Origin: a candidate division WOR-3 bacterium
GTDB lineage: Bacteria; Hydrothermota; Tepidihabitantia; Tepidihabitantales; DTDR01
NCBI GenBank assembly: GCA_025060715.1
Contig: JANXBG010000001.1
Span: 30,345-94,344, forward strand
Direction: 5' to 3'
Length of the DNA: 64,000 nucleotides
A program made the position numbers and the translations under genes. Below the pieces are notes generated by a model. It saw only the letters and a list, made by a program, of their open reading frames with translations. It had not been told where the DNA came from and made no database searches. Within the stretch, counting starts at the first letter, position 1, and each line of letters begins with the position of its first letter. Shown one piece after another: positions 40,356 through 49,926 of this stretch.

Positions 40356-40906
40356 AAGAGATATATAAAACAGCAAGAAATAAGATGCAGAAAACTTATG
40401 AATTACTTAGTCAAGAATTTGCTCGCATTAGAACCGGTAGGGCTAATCCAGCAATTTTAGATGGTATTAAAGTAGACTATTATGGCAACCCAACGCCTTT
40501 AAAACAGTTAGCAAATATTTACGCTCCGGAGCCAAGGATGTTAGTTGTTCAAGTATGGGATAAAAATGTTGTTGCCGAAGTGGAAAAGGCAATCTATAAG
40601 GCAGAATTGGGAATAACACCAAAAGTAGAAGGTTCCTTAATAAAAATTCCTATCCCACCCTTAACTGAAGAAAGAAGAAAAGAATTAATTAAATTATGTG
40701 CCAAACTTAGTGAAGATGCAAAGGTGGCAATAAGAAATATAAGAAGAGATGCTAATGAGGAGATTAAAAAATTAGAAAAAGATAAAAAAATTTCTGAAGA
40801 TGATAGTAGAATAGGAACTAAAAAAATTCAAGAAATTACCGATGAATTTACCGAAAAGATAGAAGAGCTTTTCAAAAAGAAAGAGAAAGAGATTTTAGAA
40901 GAATAA
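40349..40906 (+). CDS. frr: Ribosome recycling factor
   Basis: 185 aa, FARIRTGRANPAILDGIKVDYYG. Confidence 0.95.
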   Translation: MLEEIYKTARNKMQKTYELLSQEFARIRTGRANPAILDGIKVDYYGNPTPLKQLANIYAPEPRMLVVQVWDKNVVAEVEKAIYKAELGITPKVEGSLIKIPIPPLTEERRKELIKLCAKLSEDAKVAIRNIRRDANEEIKKLEKDKKISEDDSRIGTKKIQEITDEFTEKIEELFKKKEKEILEE

Positions 40907-41611
40907 GTGTCAGAGAATATTCCCACCCACATAGCAATTATTATGGATGGTAATGGTCGGTGGGCAAAGGAGAGAAATTTGCCTCGTTATTTTGGCCATC
41001 AAGCAGGCGTTGAATCGGTAAGAGAAGTTGTTAGAAGTTGTGCTAAATTAGGGGTAAAATATTTAACCCTTTTTGTTTTTTCTACAGAAAATTGGGAAAG
41101 ACCAAAAAAAGAAGTTAATGCTTTAATGAATTTATTAAAAAAATTATTAAAAAGTGAAGCGAAAGAGCTAAATGAGAATAATGTTCGGGTAAAGGCAATC
41201 GGTCAGATAGAAAGATTACCCGAGGAAGTGAGGAAAAATTTAGAGGAATTAATTGAATTGACAAAAAATAATACTGGTTTAACCTTAGTCCTCTCCTTAA
41301 GCTATGGTGGTCGGCAAGAGATTTTAGATGGCATAAAGAAAATTTTGGAAAGTAAATTGACACCGGAAAAGCTTGATGAAAAAGAATTTAGGAAGTTTCT
41401 TTATGACCCAGAGATTCCTGACCCTGATTTGATGATTAGGACGGGCGGCGAATACCGGATATCAAATTTCTTACTTTTCCAATCGGCTTATACTGAATTT
41501 TATTTTACTAAAACCCTTTGGCCCGATTTTCGGGAAAAAGATCTGTTGTTAGCTATTGAGGATTATAAAAAAAGAAAAAGAAAATTTGGACGAATTTCCG
41601 AATTTGAATAA
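40907..41611 (+). CDS. uppS: Undecaprenyl diphosphate synthase
   Basis: HIAIIMDGNGRWAKERNLPR... Confidence 0.9.
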   Translation: MSENIPTHIAIIMDGNGRWAKERNLPRYFGHQAGVESVREVVRSCAKLGVKYLTLFVFSTENWERPKKEVNALMNLLKKLLKSEAKELNENNVRVKAIGQIERLPEEVRKNLEELIELTKNNTGLTLVLSLSYGGRQEILDGIKKILESKLTPEKLDEKEFRKFLYDPEIPDPDLMIRTGGEYRISNFLLFQSAYTEFYFTKTLWPDFREKDLLLAIEDYKKRKRKFGRISEFE

Positions 41612-42392
41612 TCTTTTAAAAAGGATAATTGTTGCTTTAATTTTTGGTGGTTTATTAATTTTTTGTTCCTTTAACAATCTTTTACTTCTTCTTTATTTGC
41701 AGATTTTTCTTCTTATCGCCGGTTTAGAACTTATTAGAATCTACCGGTTAAGACTCACTAATTTTAGTTGGGTTTATTATTTTTATCCTTTTTTAAATGT
41801 TTTCTTATTAATATTTTTTAGTCTTCAAAAAAGGATTGAGTTATTATTATTTATTTATTTCAACATTCTTACAATTATTACATTATTAAGAAGACCAATT
41901 ACCACCGAGAATTTGGTTTTCGGTATTTTTTATTTTGTTTATTTAGGTATTTTACCGGCTCATATCTTTTTATTAAAACATTTAATTAACCAAAAAAACC
42001 TTTCCCATTGGATTTTCTTATTTCCTATATTTTTCACTTGGTTTAATGATACTATTGCCTATATTTTTGGGGGGCTTTTTGGAAAACACAAGATTGCTAA
42101 AGATATTAGTCCTAATAAAAGTGGGGAAGGTCTGGTTTTTAGCATAATTTTTTCTATTCCCTTTACTCTTTTATATTTAAAAAAATTTGATAATTTTATA
42201 AATCTTATTTTTTTAAGTTTCTCTCTAAGTCTTTTAGCCTTTCTTGGGGATTTATTAGAATCTTTAATAAAAAGAGAGGTAAAACTTAAAGATAGTTCTA
42301 ATTTATTACTTGCCCATGGTGGGTTTTTAGATCGGATTGATAGCTTACTCTTTACAATTCCCGGATTTTATTATTTTTTAATAAATAAATGA
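41556..42392 (+). CDS. cdsA: Phosphatidate cytidylyltransferase
   Basis: Multi-TM protein with C-terminal SLIKRE...KDSSNLLLAHGGFLDRIDSLLF. Start within 41556-41610 uncertain. Confidence 0.8.
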   Translation: MRIIKKEKENLDEFPNLNNLLKRIIVALIFGGLLIFCSFNNLLLLLYLQIFLLIAGLELIRIYRLRLTNFSWVYYFYPFLNVFLLIFFSLQKRIELLLFIYFNILTIITLLRRPITTENLVFGIFYFVYLGILPAHIFLLKHLINQKNLSHWIFLFPIFFTWFNDTIAYIFGGLFGKHKIAKDISPNKSGEGLVFSIIFSIPFTLLYLKKFDNFINLIFLSFSLSLLAFLGDLLESLIKREVKLKDSSNLLLAHGGFLDRIDSLLFTIPGFYYFLINK

Positions 42393-42565
42393 AAAAGAAA
42401 GTTAGTTTTCGGATTTCCCGACATCAAATAGTAAAATCTTTATCGCGCCAGAGAAAAATTGTTAAACCAACAAAAGTTTTTGAGAGTAAAAAATTATATA
42501 AAAGAAGTAAGGAAAAAGAAGAATTGAGAAAGATGATAAAAGAAGATGTTGAGAAAAATTATTAA
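42389..42565 (+). CDS. Unannotated 58-aa highly basic small protein, translationally coupled to cdsA
   Basis: My own translation (below the 60-aa track cutoff): MKKKVSFRISRHQIVKSLSRQRKIVKPTKVFESKKLYKRSKEKEELRKMIKEDVEKNY. Its ATG overlaps the cdsA stop as ATGA. Confidence 0.35.
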   Translation: MKKKVSFRISRHQIVKSLSRQRKIVKPTKVFESKKLYKRSKEKEELRKMIKEDVEKNY

Positions 42566-42583
42566 TTTTATTAAAATATCTAA

Positions 42584-43132
42584 ATGGAAAGAGAAGAAGC
42601 TTTAAAATTGGTATCTGAATATATTAAAAACGAGAATTTGAAAAAACATTCTCTTGCAGTAGAAGCTTGTATGCGAAAACTGGCAAGATATTTTAATGAG
42701 AATGAAGAAAAATGGGGGTTATGCGGACTTCTCCACGATTTAGATTATGAAGAAACTAATAAAAATCCAGAAAAGCATGGCATTAGAACTATAGAAATTT
42801 TGAAAGAAAAGAATTTTAATGATCCAGAGATTTTAAATGGAATTCTTGCCCATTGTGAAAAGAAGCAACCCGAAAATAATTTAGAAAAGGCAATATACGC
42901 AATTGACCCATTAACGGGTCTGATAGTGGCTGCCTGTTTAATGCATCCCGATAGAAAATTGAAAAGTTTAGATGTAAATTTTGTTTTACGGCGCTTTAAA
43001 GAGAAAAAATTTGCTAGTGGTGCCAACCGGGAACAGATAAAAAAATGTGAAGAACTGGGGCTAAGCTTAGAAAAATTTATTGAAATCTGCCTTTTAGCAA
43101 TGCAAGAAATAGATAACCAATTGGGTTTATGA
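42584..43132 (+). CDS. HD-domain phosphohydrolase
   Basis: H...HD...D metal-binding pattern ([17 protein letters not shown]). Confidence 0.7.
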   Translation: MEREEALKLVSEYIKNENLKKHSLAVEACMRKLARYFNENEEKWGLCGLLHDLDYEETNKNPEKHGIRTIEILKEKNFNDPEILNGILAHCEKKQPENNLEKAIYAIDPLTGLIVAACLMHPDRKLKSLDVNFVLRRFKEKKFASGANREQIKKCEELGLSLEKFIEICLLAMQEIDNQLGL

Positions 43133-43986
43133 AGAAAAAAAATTTTCAAGATATTGTGTTAACCTTACAAAATTTTTGGAAAAAGCAAGGTTGCTTAATT
43201 TACTCACCTTATAATTCTGAAGTGGGAGCAGGAACTTTTAATCCAGCAACATTTTTTAGAGTTTTGGATGATAAACCCTGGCGAGTCTGTTATATTGAGC
43301 CTTCTAAAAGACCAAGAGATGGAAGATACGGTAAAAACCCTTTAAGGGTCCAACAGTATTGGCAACTCCAAGTGATTTTAAAACCAGCACCAAAAGATAT
43401 TCAAAAGATTTATTTAAAAAGTTTGGAAGCGATTGGTGTTGATTTAAAGAAAAATGATATTAAATTTATTGAAGACGATTGGGAATCGCCAACTCTGGGA
43501 GCTTGGGGCGTCGGCTGGCAAGTGGAACTTAATGGTATTGAAATAACCCAATTTACCTACTTTCAACAAATGGGCGGTTTAGACTTAAAAATTATACCCG
43601 TAGAGATTACTTACGGATTAGAAAGAATCGCTATGTTCTTACAGAAAGTGTTTTCTATTTTCAAAATTGAATGGAATGGAACCTATACTTGGGGTGATTT
43701 ATATCTTCAAAATGAAGAGGAATTTTCCTATTTTAATTTTGAAGAGGTTATTCCCGAGGATTATTTAAAATTATTTAATTTTTATGAAAAAGAGGCAAAA
43801 AGATTATTAGAAAAAGGTTTAGTCTATCCGGGATATGATTATGTAATTAAATGTTCCCATATTTTTAATCTTTTGGAAGCAAGAGGAATTATTAGTGTTT
43901 CGGAAAGGGTAAATTATATTAAAAGGGTTAGAGATTTAGCAAGACTTTCAGCAATAAAATATTTAGAAAAAGTAACCTCCCTTTAA
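43129..43986 (+). CDS. glyQ: Glycine--tRNA ligase alpha subunit
   Basis: [41 protein letters not shown] is highly diagnostic. No glyS follows. Confidence 0.9.
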   Translation: MKKKNFQDIVLTLQNFWKKQGCLIYSPYNSEVGAGTFNPATFFRVLDDKPWRVCYIEPSKRPRDGRYGKNPLRVQQYWQLQVILKPAPKDIQKIYLKSLEAIGVDLKKNDIKFIEDDWESPTLGAWGVGWQVELNGIEITQFTYFQQMGGLDLKIIPVEITYGLERIAMFLQKVFSIFKIEWNGTYTWGDLYLQNEEEFSYFNFEEVIPEDYLKLFNFYEKEAKRLLEKGLVYPGYDYVIKCSHIFNLLEARGIISVSERVNYIKRVRDLARLSAIKYLEKVTSL

Positions 43987-44018
43987 TCTCTTTCATTTAT
44001 TTATTTAAGTTTTTGAAT

Positions 44019-44075
44019 ATCAAGGATTTATCTTGATTTTCTATTATTGACATTTTTAAAATTAAATATAAAATA
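44019..44075 (+). promoter_or_regulatory. Inverted repeat ATCAAG-N7-CTTGAT followed by a TTGACA-N16-TAAAAT promoter for the EPS operon
   Basis: The IR at 44019-44037 may also terminate glyQ. The track's TTG 'start' at 44047 is actually the -35 hexamer; the real ATG is 44101, behind a GAGGA SD. Confidence 0.4.
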
Positions 44076-44100
44076 TTTTACTTCTATTGAGGACTGGGCT

Positions 44101-45123
44101 ATGGAAATGAATCTAATAAAGACCGGCATTGAAGAGGTTGACAATATTTGGGGTGGATTTAATCTTGGTTATGGTTATTTCTTAATTTCGGAAAAAGAAG
44201 AGATAAATAGAGAAATTCTTCTAAAATATGTCAATAGAGCTTTGAACAACAATCAGAAAGTTTTATATTTCACCTTTTTACCGTGCGAAGATTTTTTAAA
44301 AAAAGCAAAAGAAATTATTCTAAATATGGATGAATTTGTGAGAAGAGATTTATTTTTTATTCATTTTGTTAATCCGGAATTTTTAAAAATAAAGGATGAT
44401 AAAAAGATAATTCTTGCTTTAGCTTCTTTAAAAAAAATTTTAGTTAAGGAAAAAGCAAATCAAATAGTTGTTGATAATTTTAGTTTTTTAATTAGATTTG
44501 AAAATTTAGAAAAATTTTATAAGGAGCTTTTTGAGTTTTTTATGATGTTAAAAGAATATTCCTACATTGGCTTTTTTTCTTTAACAAAAGAATTTGTTGA
44601 AGAGAATAATTTGATTTTTTCTTATTTAAAAGAAATATCTGCCGGATTAATCTTTTATGAAAAAGATACTTATTTTTTATTTTCTCGTTTTTCTCATCGT
44701 GAAAGAATTTTTAGAAAAGAAGAATTTTCTATCCCTGAATTTCCGAAAGATTTAGCCGAACAAGATAGCTACACTGGACTCTACAATTATCAAGGATTTA
44801 AAAAGATTTTATCTAATTTGACTGAGAAAAAAATTAATTTTTCTCTCTTTGGTTATCAAATCTTAACCCCCTTAGAAGAGCATTTAAAAAGAATTTTTCT
44901 TTACCGGATAACCAAAATTTTAAAAGAAAAGGGGATAAGAGTGCCAGCAATGCGTTACCAAGATAAAGTTTATTTATTATTTTTAGATGACCAAGAGAAG
45001 TTGGAAGAGTGTAAAAGAGTCATTAATGAAGAAGAAATTAGCGGCGGGATAAAGATAGCAAATTTTATCTATCATTATCCAAAGGATTTTCAAACAAGTG
45101 AAGAGTTGGACAGGATTTTATGA
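44101..45123 (+). CDS. KaiC/RecA-like pseudo-ATPase domain fused to a degenerate GGDEF-like domain (BcsE-like candidate EPS regulator)
   Basis: N-terminus IKTGIEEVDNIWGGFNLGYGYFLISEKEE resembles the KaiC/RadA loop preceding Walker A, but GxxxxGK(T/S) is replaced. The C-terminus DSYTGLYNYQGFKKIL...FSLFGYQI...MRYQDKVYLLFLDD...ISGGIKIANFIYHYP follows a GGDEF domain, with GGDEF replaced by QDKVY. First gene of the EPS operon. Confidence 0.55.
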   Translation: MEMNLIKTGIEEVDNIWGGFNLGYGYFLISEKEEINREILLKYVNRALNNNQKVLYFTFLPCEDFLKKAKEIILNMDEFVRRDLFFIHFVNPEFLKIKDDKKIILALASLKKILVKEKANQIVVDNFSFLIRFENLEKFYKELFEFFMMLKEYSYIGFFSLTKEFVEENNLIFSYLKEISAGLIFYEKDTYFLFSRFSHRERIFRKEEFSIPEFPKDLAEQDSYTGLYNYQGFKKILSNLTEKKINFSLFGYQILTPLEEHLKRIFLYRITKILKEKGIRVPAMRYQDKVYLLFLDDQEKLEECKRVINEEEISGGIKIANFIYHYPKDFQTSEELDRIL

Positions 45124-46679
45124 AATTTCTTTTGATTATTTTTATGCTTTTTTCTAAAGATTTAGAAAAAGCAAGAGAATTATATGAGAAAGGAATATAT
45201 TTAGAAGCAATGTATTATTTAGATAAATACTTAAAAAAGAAACCAAATGATAAAGAAGCCCAAAATTTGAAAAGAAAAATTATTTCCCAATTGAATTCAA
45301 AAGATTTGATAAAAGGAATTGAGTCAGACCATAATTTTGTTAAACCCAAAAAAGTAGATAAAATAATTAAAAAGAAGAAAAAGAATCCTTCAGAAACATT
45401 ATTAAATGCTCAGAAGGCAAAAGAAGAGGGAGATTATTTTAAAAGCCTTACTCTTTATGAAAATATTTTTAAAAAGGATACTACTAATAAAAAAATTCTT
45501 TATGAAATTGCCCAACTGAGTAATTGGTTAGGATTTTTTAATAAGGCAATTTTTTATTATGAGAAATATTTAAGTTATTTTCCTAAGGATAAAAGGGCCC
45601 AGTATGAATTAGCCTTGGTTTATAGTTGGAAAGGTAACTATGAAAAGGCCTTACACATTTTAAAAGATTTAGAAAAGGAAACAAGTGATATTAGAATTGA
45701 TTTAGCTAAAGCAAGAATTTATAAATGGCAAAAGGATTATGAAGGTGCCTATAAAATTTATCAAAAATTAAAAAACTCTTATCCCGAAAATGAAGATATT
45801 TTAGTAGAATATGAAGAAGTAAAAGGAATAATTGAAAGAGAAAGAAAAAAAGAAGAAAAAGATAGAATACCTTATTCTTTCTTGCCAATATTTTCTTATC
45901 AACAGACCTCAGAGAATTGGCAAAGGTTTTTGTTAAAATCTTCTTTTCAATTTAATTGGGATAGATTGACTGCTACTCTTTTTTATGAATGGCAGCAATG
46001 TGAAGAGAAAGAAACTTTAAGGATGATAAATAAAATGGGCTTTAAAAATCGCATTAATCTTTTAGAAAATCTTTATTTTACCTTTAATACCTATTTTTTA
46101 GCGATAAAAGAAAGTGATGATTTGATTATTTATGGTGGTGGATTTAACTATCAAACCCCAAAATTAATGTTAAATTTAGAATATAACAAAAAGCCCCTGT
46201 GGGAAGAGGTTTATAAAATAAATACTTGTTATCGTTTAATAACAACCGATGCCCTTTTAGGATTAGCTTATTATCAACCCTTTAAATTTCTTGGTCTTGA
46301 AGGGAGTTATCAATATGGCATTTACAGTGATGAAAATGAATTGAATAATTTAAATTTCAAATTAATTTTTTTACCCTTGAATAATATGAGATGGGGTTAT
46401 CATTATTATTTTCTAAATTATCTTTTAGAAAAGGAAGAATATTGGTCACCAAAATTTTATGAAGTTCATTCAATATTTTTTAATGTTTTTGTTAGAGATT
46501 TTGAAATATTTTTTCAATTGGGAAAACCAACGGATTTTCACTTTTTAGAAAAAAATTTCTCAATGGCGCTAAGAATAAAATTAATAAAAGATTTTTCTCT
46601 TTTAATAATGGGTAGATACGGTGAAACTTATTATTACAAAATTGGAGAAGGAAGTATTGGTTTTGAATATTTATGGTAA
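45120..46679 (+). CDS. TPR-repeat + C-terminal beta-barrel outer-membrane export protein (PgaA/BcsC/PelB-like, miniaturised)
   Basis: N-terminal signal peptide. ~250 aa of TPR-like repeats (e.g. YELALVYSWKGNYEKALHIL), then an aromatic-rich beta region ending ...GSIGFEYLW. ATGA-coupled to the upstream gene. Confidence 0.55.
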   Translation: MKFLLIIFMLFSKDLEKARELYEKGIYLEAMYYLDKYLKKKPNDKEAQNLKRKIISQLNSKDLIKGIESDHNFVKPKKVDKIIKKKKKNPSETLLNAQKAKEEGDYFKSLTLYENIFKKDTTNKKILYEIAQLSNWLGFFNKAIFYYEKYLSYFPKDKRAQYELALVYSWKGNYEKALHILKDLEKETSDIRIDLAKARIYKWQKDYEGAYKIYQKLKNSYPENEDILVEYEEVKGIIERERKKEEKDRIPYSFLPIFSYQQTSENWQRFLLKSSFQFNWDRLTATLFYEWQQCEEKETLRMINKMGFKNRINLLENLYFTFNTYFLAIKESDDLIIYGGGFNYQTPKLMLNLEYNKKPLWEEVYKINTCYRLITTDALLGLAYYQPFKFLGLEGSYQYGIYSDENELNNLNFKLIFLPLNNMRWGYHYYFLNYLLEKEEYWSPKFYEVHSIFFNVFVRDFEIFFQLGKPTDFHFLEKNFSMALRIKLIKDFSLLIMGRYGETYYYKIGEGSIGFEYLW

Positions 46680-46680
46680 A

Positions 46681-48063
46681 ATGAAAGAAAGGAAGTTTTT
46701 TATCACCTTAATTCTTTTGATAATTATTATAATTGGTTGTATTTATCTTTTATCTTTTATTAAAGAGAAAATTAATTTAAGTTATCCTCACATTTTTATG
46801 TTAAGTTTAACAGTTCTCTTACTCTCTTTTTTTATCTTGCTACTTTTCCGTTATTTAATAATTCTTATTCTCTCCCTCTCTGCCCATTTTCGCTATAAAA
46901 ATAAATTACCTAAAATAGAGGATTTAAAAACTGTCTCAATCATTATCCCTGTTTATAATGAGGAAAAAATTTTGGCAACCGTGATTAATTCATTATTAAA
47001 TTTAAATTATCCAAAAGAGAAGTATGAAATTATTATTGTTGATGATGGTTCAAAGGATAATTCTTATCAAATTGCTTATCAATTTTTGAATAATAAAAAA
47101 GGGGTAAAATTAAAATTGTTAAGCCAGACGAATCAGGGAAAGGCAAAAGCATTAAACCGAGGAATTTCCGAAAGTAAAGGTGAGGTTATTGTTTGTATTG
47201 ATTCTGATTGTGTTTTAACAAAGGATTCTTTGATTTATGGAATAAGACATTTTCAAGATGAGAAAGTTGGAGCTGTTGCCGGAAATGTGAAGATTTGGAA
47301 TCAAGATAAAATTTTTATGAAATTACAAGCCTTAGAATATATGGAAGGTTTAAATTTTACCCGTCAGGCATTAAGTTTTCTAAACAAAGTTAATATCGTA
47401 CCTGGGGCAATTGGATTTTTTAAAAGAGAAATTTTCCAAAAGGTTGGTTTATATAACGAAAATATTTATGCCGAAGATTGTGATTTAACGTTGAGAATAT
47501 TAAAAGCTGGTTATAAAGTTGTTTATGAACCAAAGGCAGTAGTTTATACTGAAGCTCCCGAAAGCATAAGCTGTCTTTTTAAACAGAGATATCGTTGGAC
47601 CCGAGGTATTTTGCAAGCCGTAAGGAAAAATAATCATCTTCTTTATCATTCCCACTCTTCCTTTTCATTAATTTTAAGTTATCTCTTATTAATTTATGAA
47701 GCCTTTTTCTGGCCGGCAATGAATTTAATTGCCCATCTCTTTTTCACTCTCTTAGCCCTTCTTTATGGTTTTATCCCTTTTCTTTTTATTTGGTGGTTTT
47801 CTTTAACCCTCTTAGATTTCAGTTCTGCTTGCTTTGCTTATGTGAGTGATAAGAAAAGTGAAAATAATACTTATAAAAATAAAAAAATTATTTTCCTCTA
47901 TCTACCTTTTTTAGTTTTTCTTTATCGCCTTTTTTATCTTTTATTGATTGATACGATTAAGGTATTTGCTTTCTTAGAAGAAGCTTTAAATTTAGAAATG
48001 GGCTGGCAGAGAATAAGAATTACTGGTAAGCTTAATGGCTATTTAATAAAAGAAAAATTATGA
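46681..48063 (+). CDS. Family-2 processive glycosyltransferase, PgaC/IcaA/NodC-like polysaccharide synthase
   Basis: N-terminal TM helices; SIIIPVYNEE...DDGSKDNS...QTNQGKAKALN...IDSDC...EDCDLT...QRYRWTRG (QxxRW); C-terminal TM helices. No PilZ domain. Start ATG 46681, right after the upstream stop. Confidence 0.75.
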   Translation: MKERKFFITLILLIIIIIGCIYLLSFIKEKINLSYPHIFMLSLTVLLLSFFILLLFRYLIILILSLSAHFRYKNKLPKIEDLKTVSIIIPVYNEEKILATVINSLLNLNYPKEKYEIIIVDDGSKDNSYQIAYQFLNNKKGVKLKLLSQTNQGKAKALNRGISESKGEVIVCIDSDCVLTKDSLIYGIRHFQDEKVGAVAGNVKIWNQDKIFMKLQALEYMEGLNFTRQALSFLNKVNIVPGAIGFFKREIFQKVGLYNENIYAEDCDLTLRILKAGYKVVYEPKAVVYTEAPESISCLFKQRYRWTRGILQAVRKNNHLLYHSHSSFSLILSYLLLIYEAFFWPAMNLIAHLFFTLLALLYGFIPFLFIWWFSLTLLDFSSACFAYVSDKKSENNTYKNKKIIFLYLPFLVFLYRLFYLLLIDTIKVFAFLEEALNLEMGWQRIRITGKLNGYLIKEKL

Positions 48064-48254
48064 GAGAGATAATCACTATCCTTTCCGCAATTGTTTTGGG
48101 AGTTACTTTAATTACTTTGATATTTTCTTTAATAGTTTATATTTTATTTCGTTTAAAAATAAATAAAAGAGAAAATTTAAAAAGCGAAATAACAAAAGAG
48201 ACAGAAGAGGAGGTTTTTATTCGTTATCAACCAAAAGGAGATGAAAAAATTTAA
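48060..48254 (+). CDS. Small single-TM membrane protein (PgaD/IcaD-like accessory candidate)
   Basis: 64 aa with one TM then a charged tail. ATGA overlap with the synthase stop; overlapped by the next gene's start. Confidence 0.45.
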   Translation: MREIITILSAIVLGVTLITLIFSLIVYILFRLKINKRENLKSEITKETEEEVFIRYQPKGDEKI

Positions 48255-49926
48255 TTTCTGGTTTTTTCTTTTAATTCTCTTCTTTTTTTTATTATTTCTT
48301 CTAACAGCCTTAGGGATTACTAAATTAATAATAAAAAGACCCGATTTTTATCAAGTAGTCAAGGAAGAGGAAGGTTCTTTTTTCACTTATGATACTTTAG
48401 ATTTACCCTTTTTAAAAGAAGATTATTTACCATTAAAAGGTTATATAATTATTAATAAAAACTTTATTTTTGATAACGAAATAAAAATTTTGGAGAAAAT
48501 ATTAAAAGAACTTTTGGGGTTTGAGTATCAAATAATTGACGAAAAAGATTTTGAAAAATTGAATGAAAAAGGGATTATTATTTTGTTAGAAAAGACAGAG
48601 TATGATGTAAAGATAAGTGAAAAGATTAAAGAGCGAGTATATTTAGGCTGGGGAATTTTAATAATAAAAAATCCAAAGACAAAAGAAGGAATCTCTTTAT
48701 TAAGTCATATCGCTGGAGTTATTCCGATAGAAAATAGTAGAATAGAATACCAAGAAGTTTTTTTGAAAGGAAAGACTCCATTAACCTTTAATATGAAAGC
48801 AGGCGACTTTTTAGGCATTTTTGGTGAGAGGTCATATTTTTTAAAACCAGTAGAAAAAAGAGCAAATATTTGTGGTTATTATAAATTTAGTGATGAAGCA
48901 ATTGTTTATGGTTTTTATAACAAAGGAAGATATGTTGCTTTTGGTTTTTCTTTGAATAGTTTAACGAGCGATTCTTTTACCCAAAAAAATATTAAGATTT
49001 TATTTAAAAATATAATAAATTGGTTAACCAAAAGGCCGGTAGTGCTATTAAGTTATTGGCCCGAGAATAAAGAATATGCTTTTATTTTTAGTTGCGATGT
49101 AGAGCACCAGAGTGAAAATTGGCATAAAATTAGAGAAATAGTAAAGGATGGTACTTTTTTCTTTCTAACAACTGAGTTGAAAGAGTTTGATAAGGAAGAG
49201 ATAGAAAATATTGAAATTGCTCTTCACGGAGAAGAGCACGAACCTTTAAAAGGAAAGGATTATAAGAAGCAGGAAGAAATAATTTTTAAAGGAAAAAATT
49301 ATTTAGAAAAGAAGTTAAAGAAAAAAATATTTGGTTTCCATCCACCCCTTTTGATGTATGATAGTCTGACTTTGGCAGTTCTTAAAAAATTTCAATTTCT
49401 CTATTTACTTACCGAATACCAATTAGGACTTCCCTTTCTTCCCTATTTTTCTTCAATAATTTCCATTCCCCAAACAATCCCCGATGATTACGATTTGATG
49501 ATAAGGAACAGAATCAAAGATAAAGATAGCTTATTGATTTATTTTATGAAATATATTGAAGATTTGAAAAGAATAAATGGGCTAATTGTTTTTAGTATCC
49601 ATACCCATTTATTGGGAAGTAAGGATTATCAATCGGTAATTAAAGAGATTATTGATTTAATAGAGAGTGATAAAAATTGTTATTTCGCTAAAGCAAAGGA
49701 TATCGCCCAATGGTGGTTAAAAAGGTCAAAGATAAAAATTGAATTGAAAGAGAATGGTTTAGATGAGATAACGATAGAAAACTTAAATTCTGATAATATG
49801 GAAGAGATTATATTAATATATTACCCTCCAACTAATGAAGTATTTGAAAAAATAATTACCATTCCTATTAAAAATCTAAGAAGCAAGGAAAAAAGAAAAA
49901 TAATTATTACTTATAAAAATAGCTAA
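48241..49926 (+). CDS. Membrane-anchored polysaccharide deacetylase (CE4/NodB-like C-terminal domain, unknown N-terminal domain)
   Basis: N-terminal TM; CE4-like motifs in the C-terminal half: FIFSCDVEH (MT1-like), ALHGEEHEP (HxxxH, MT2), FGFHPP (MT3-like), DDYDLM (MT4-like), IHTHLL (MT5-like). Confidence 0.5.
   Translation: MKKFNFWFFLLILFFFLLFLLTALGITKLIIKRPDFYQVVKEEEGSFFTYDTLDLPFLKEDYLPLKGYIIINKNFIFDNEIKILEKILKELLGFEYQIIDEKDFEKLNEKGIIILLEKTEYDVKISEKIKERVYLGWGILIIKNPKTKEGISLLSHIAGVIPIENSRIEYQEVFLKGKTPLTFNMKAGDFLGIFGERSYFLKPVEKRANICGYYKFSDEAIVYGFYNKGRYVAFGFSLNSLTSDSFTQKNIKILFKNIINWLTKRPVVLLSYWPENKEYAFIFSCDVEHQSENWHKIREIVKDGTFFFLTTELKEFDKEEIENIEIALHGEEHEPLKGKDYKKQEEIIFKGKNYLEKKLKKKIFGFHPPLLMYDSLTLAVLKKFQFLYLLTEYQLGLPFLPYFSSIISIPQTIPDDYDLMIRNRIKDKDSLLIYFMKYIEDLKRINGLIVFSIHTHLLGSKDYQSVIKEIIDLIESDKNCYFAKAKDIAQWWLKRSKIKIELKENGLDEITIENLNSDNMEEIILIYYPPTNEVFEKIITIPIKNLRSKEKRKIIITYKNS

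Noticed and set aside
44047-44100. TTG-initiated N-terminal extension of the first EPS gene as given in the ORF track.
   Set aside because: The TTG is part of a TTGACA -35 hexamer. A GAGGA SD precedes the ATG at 44101, which is the credible start.
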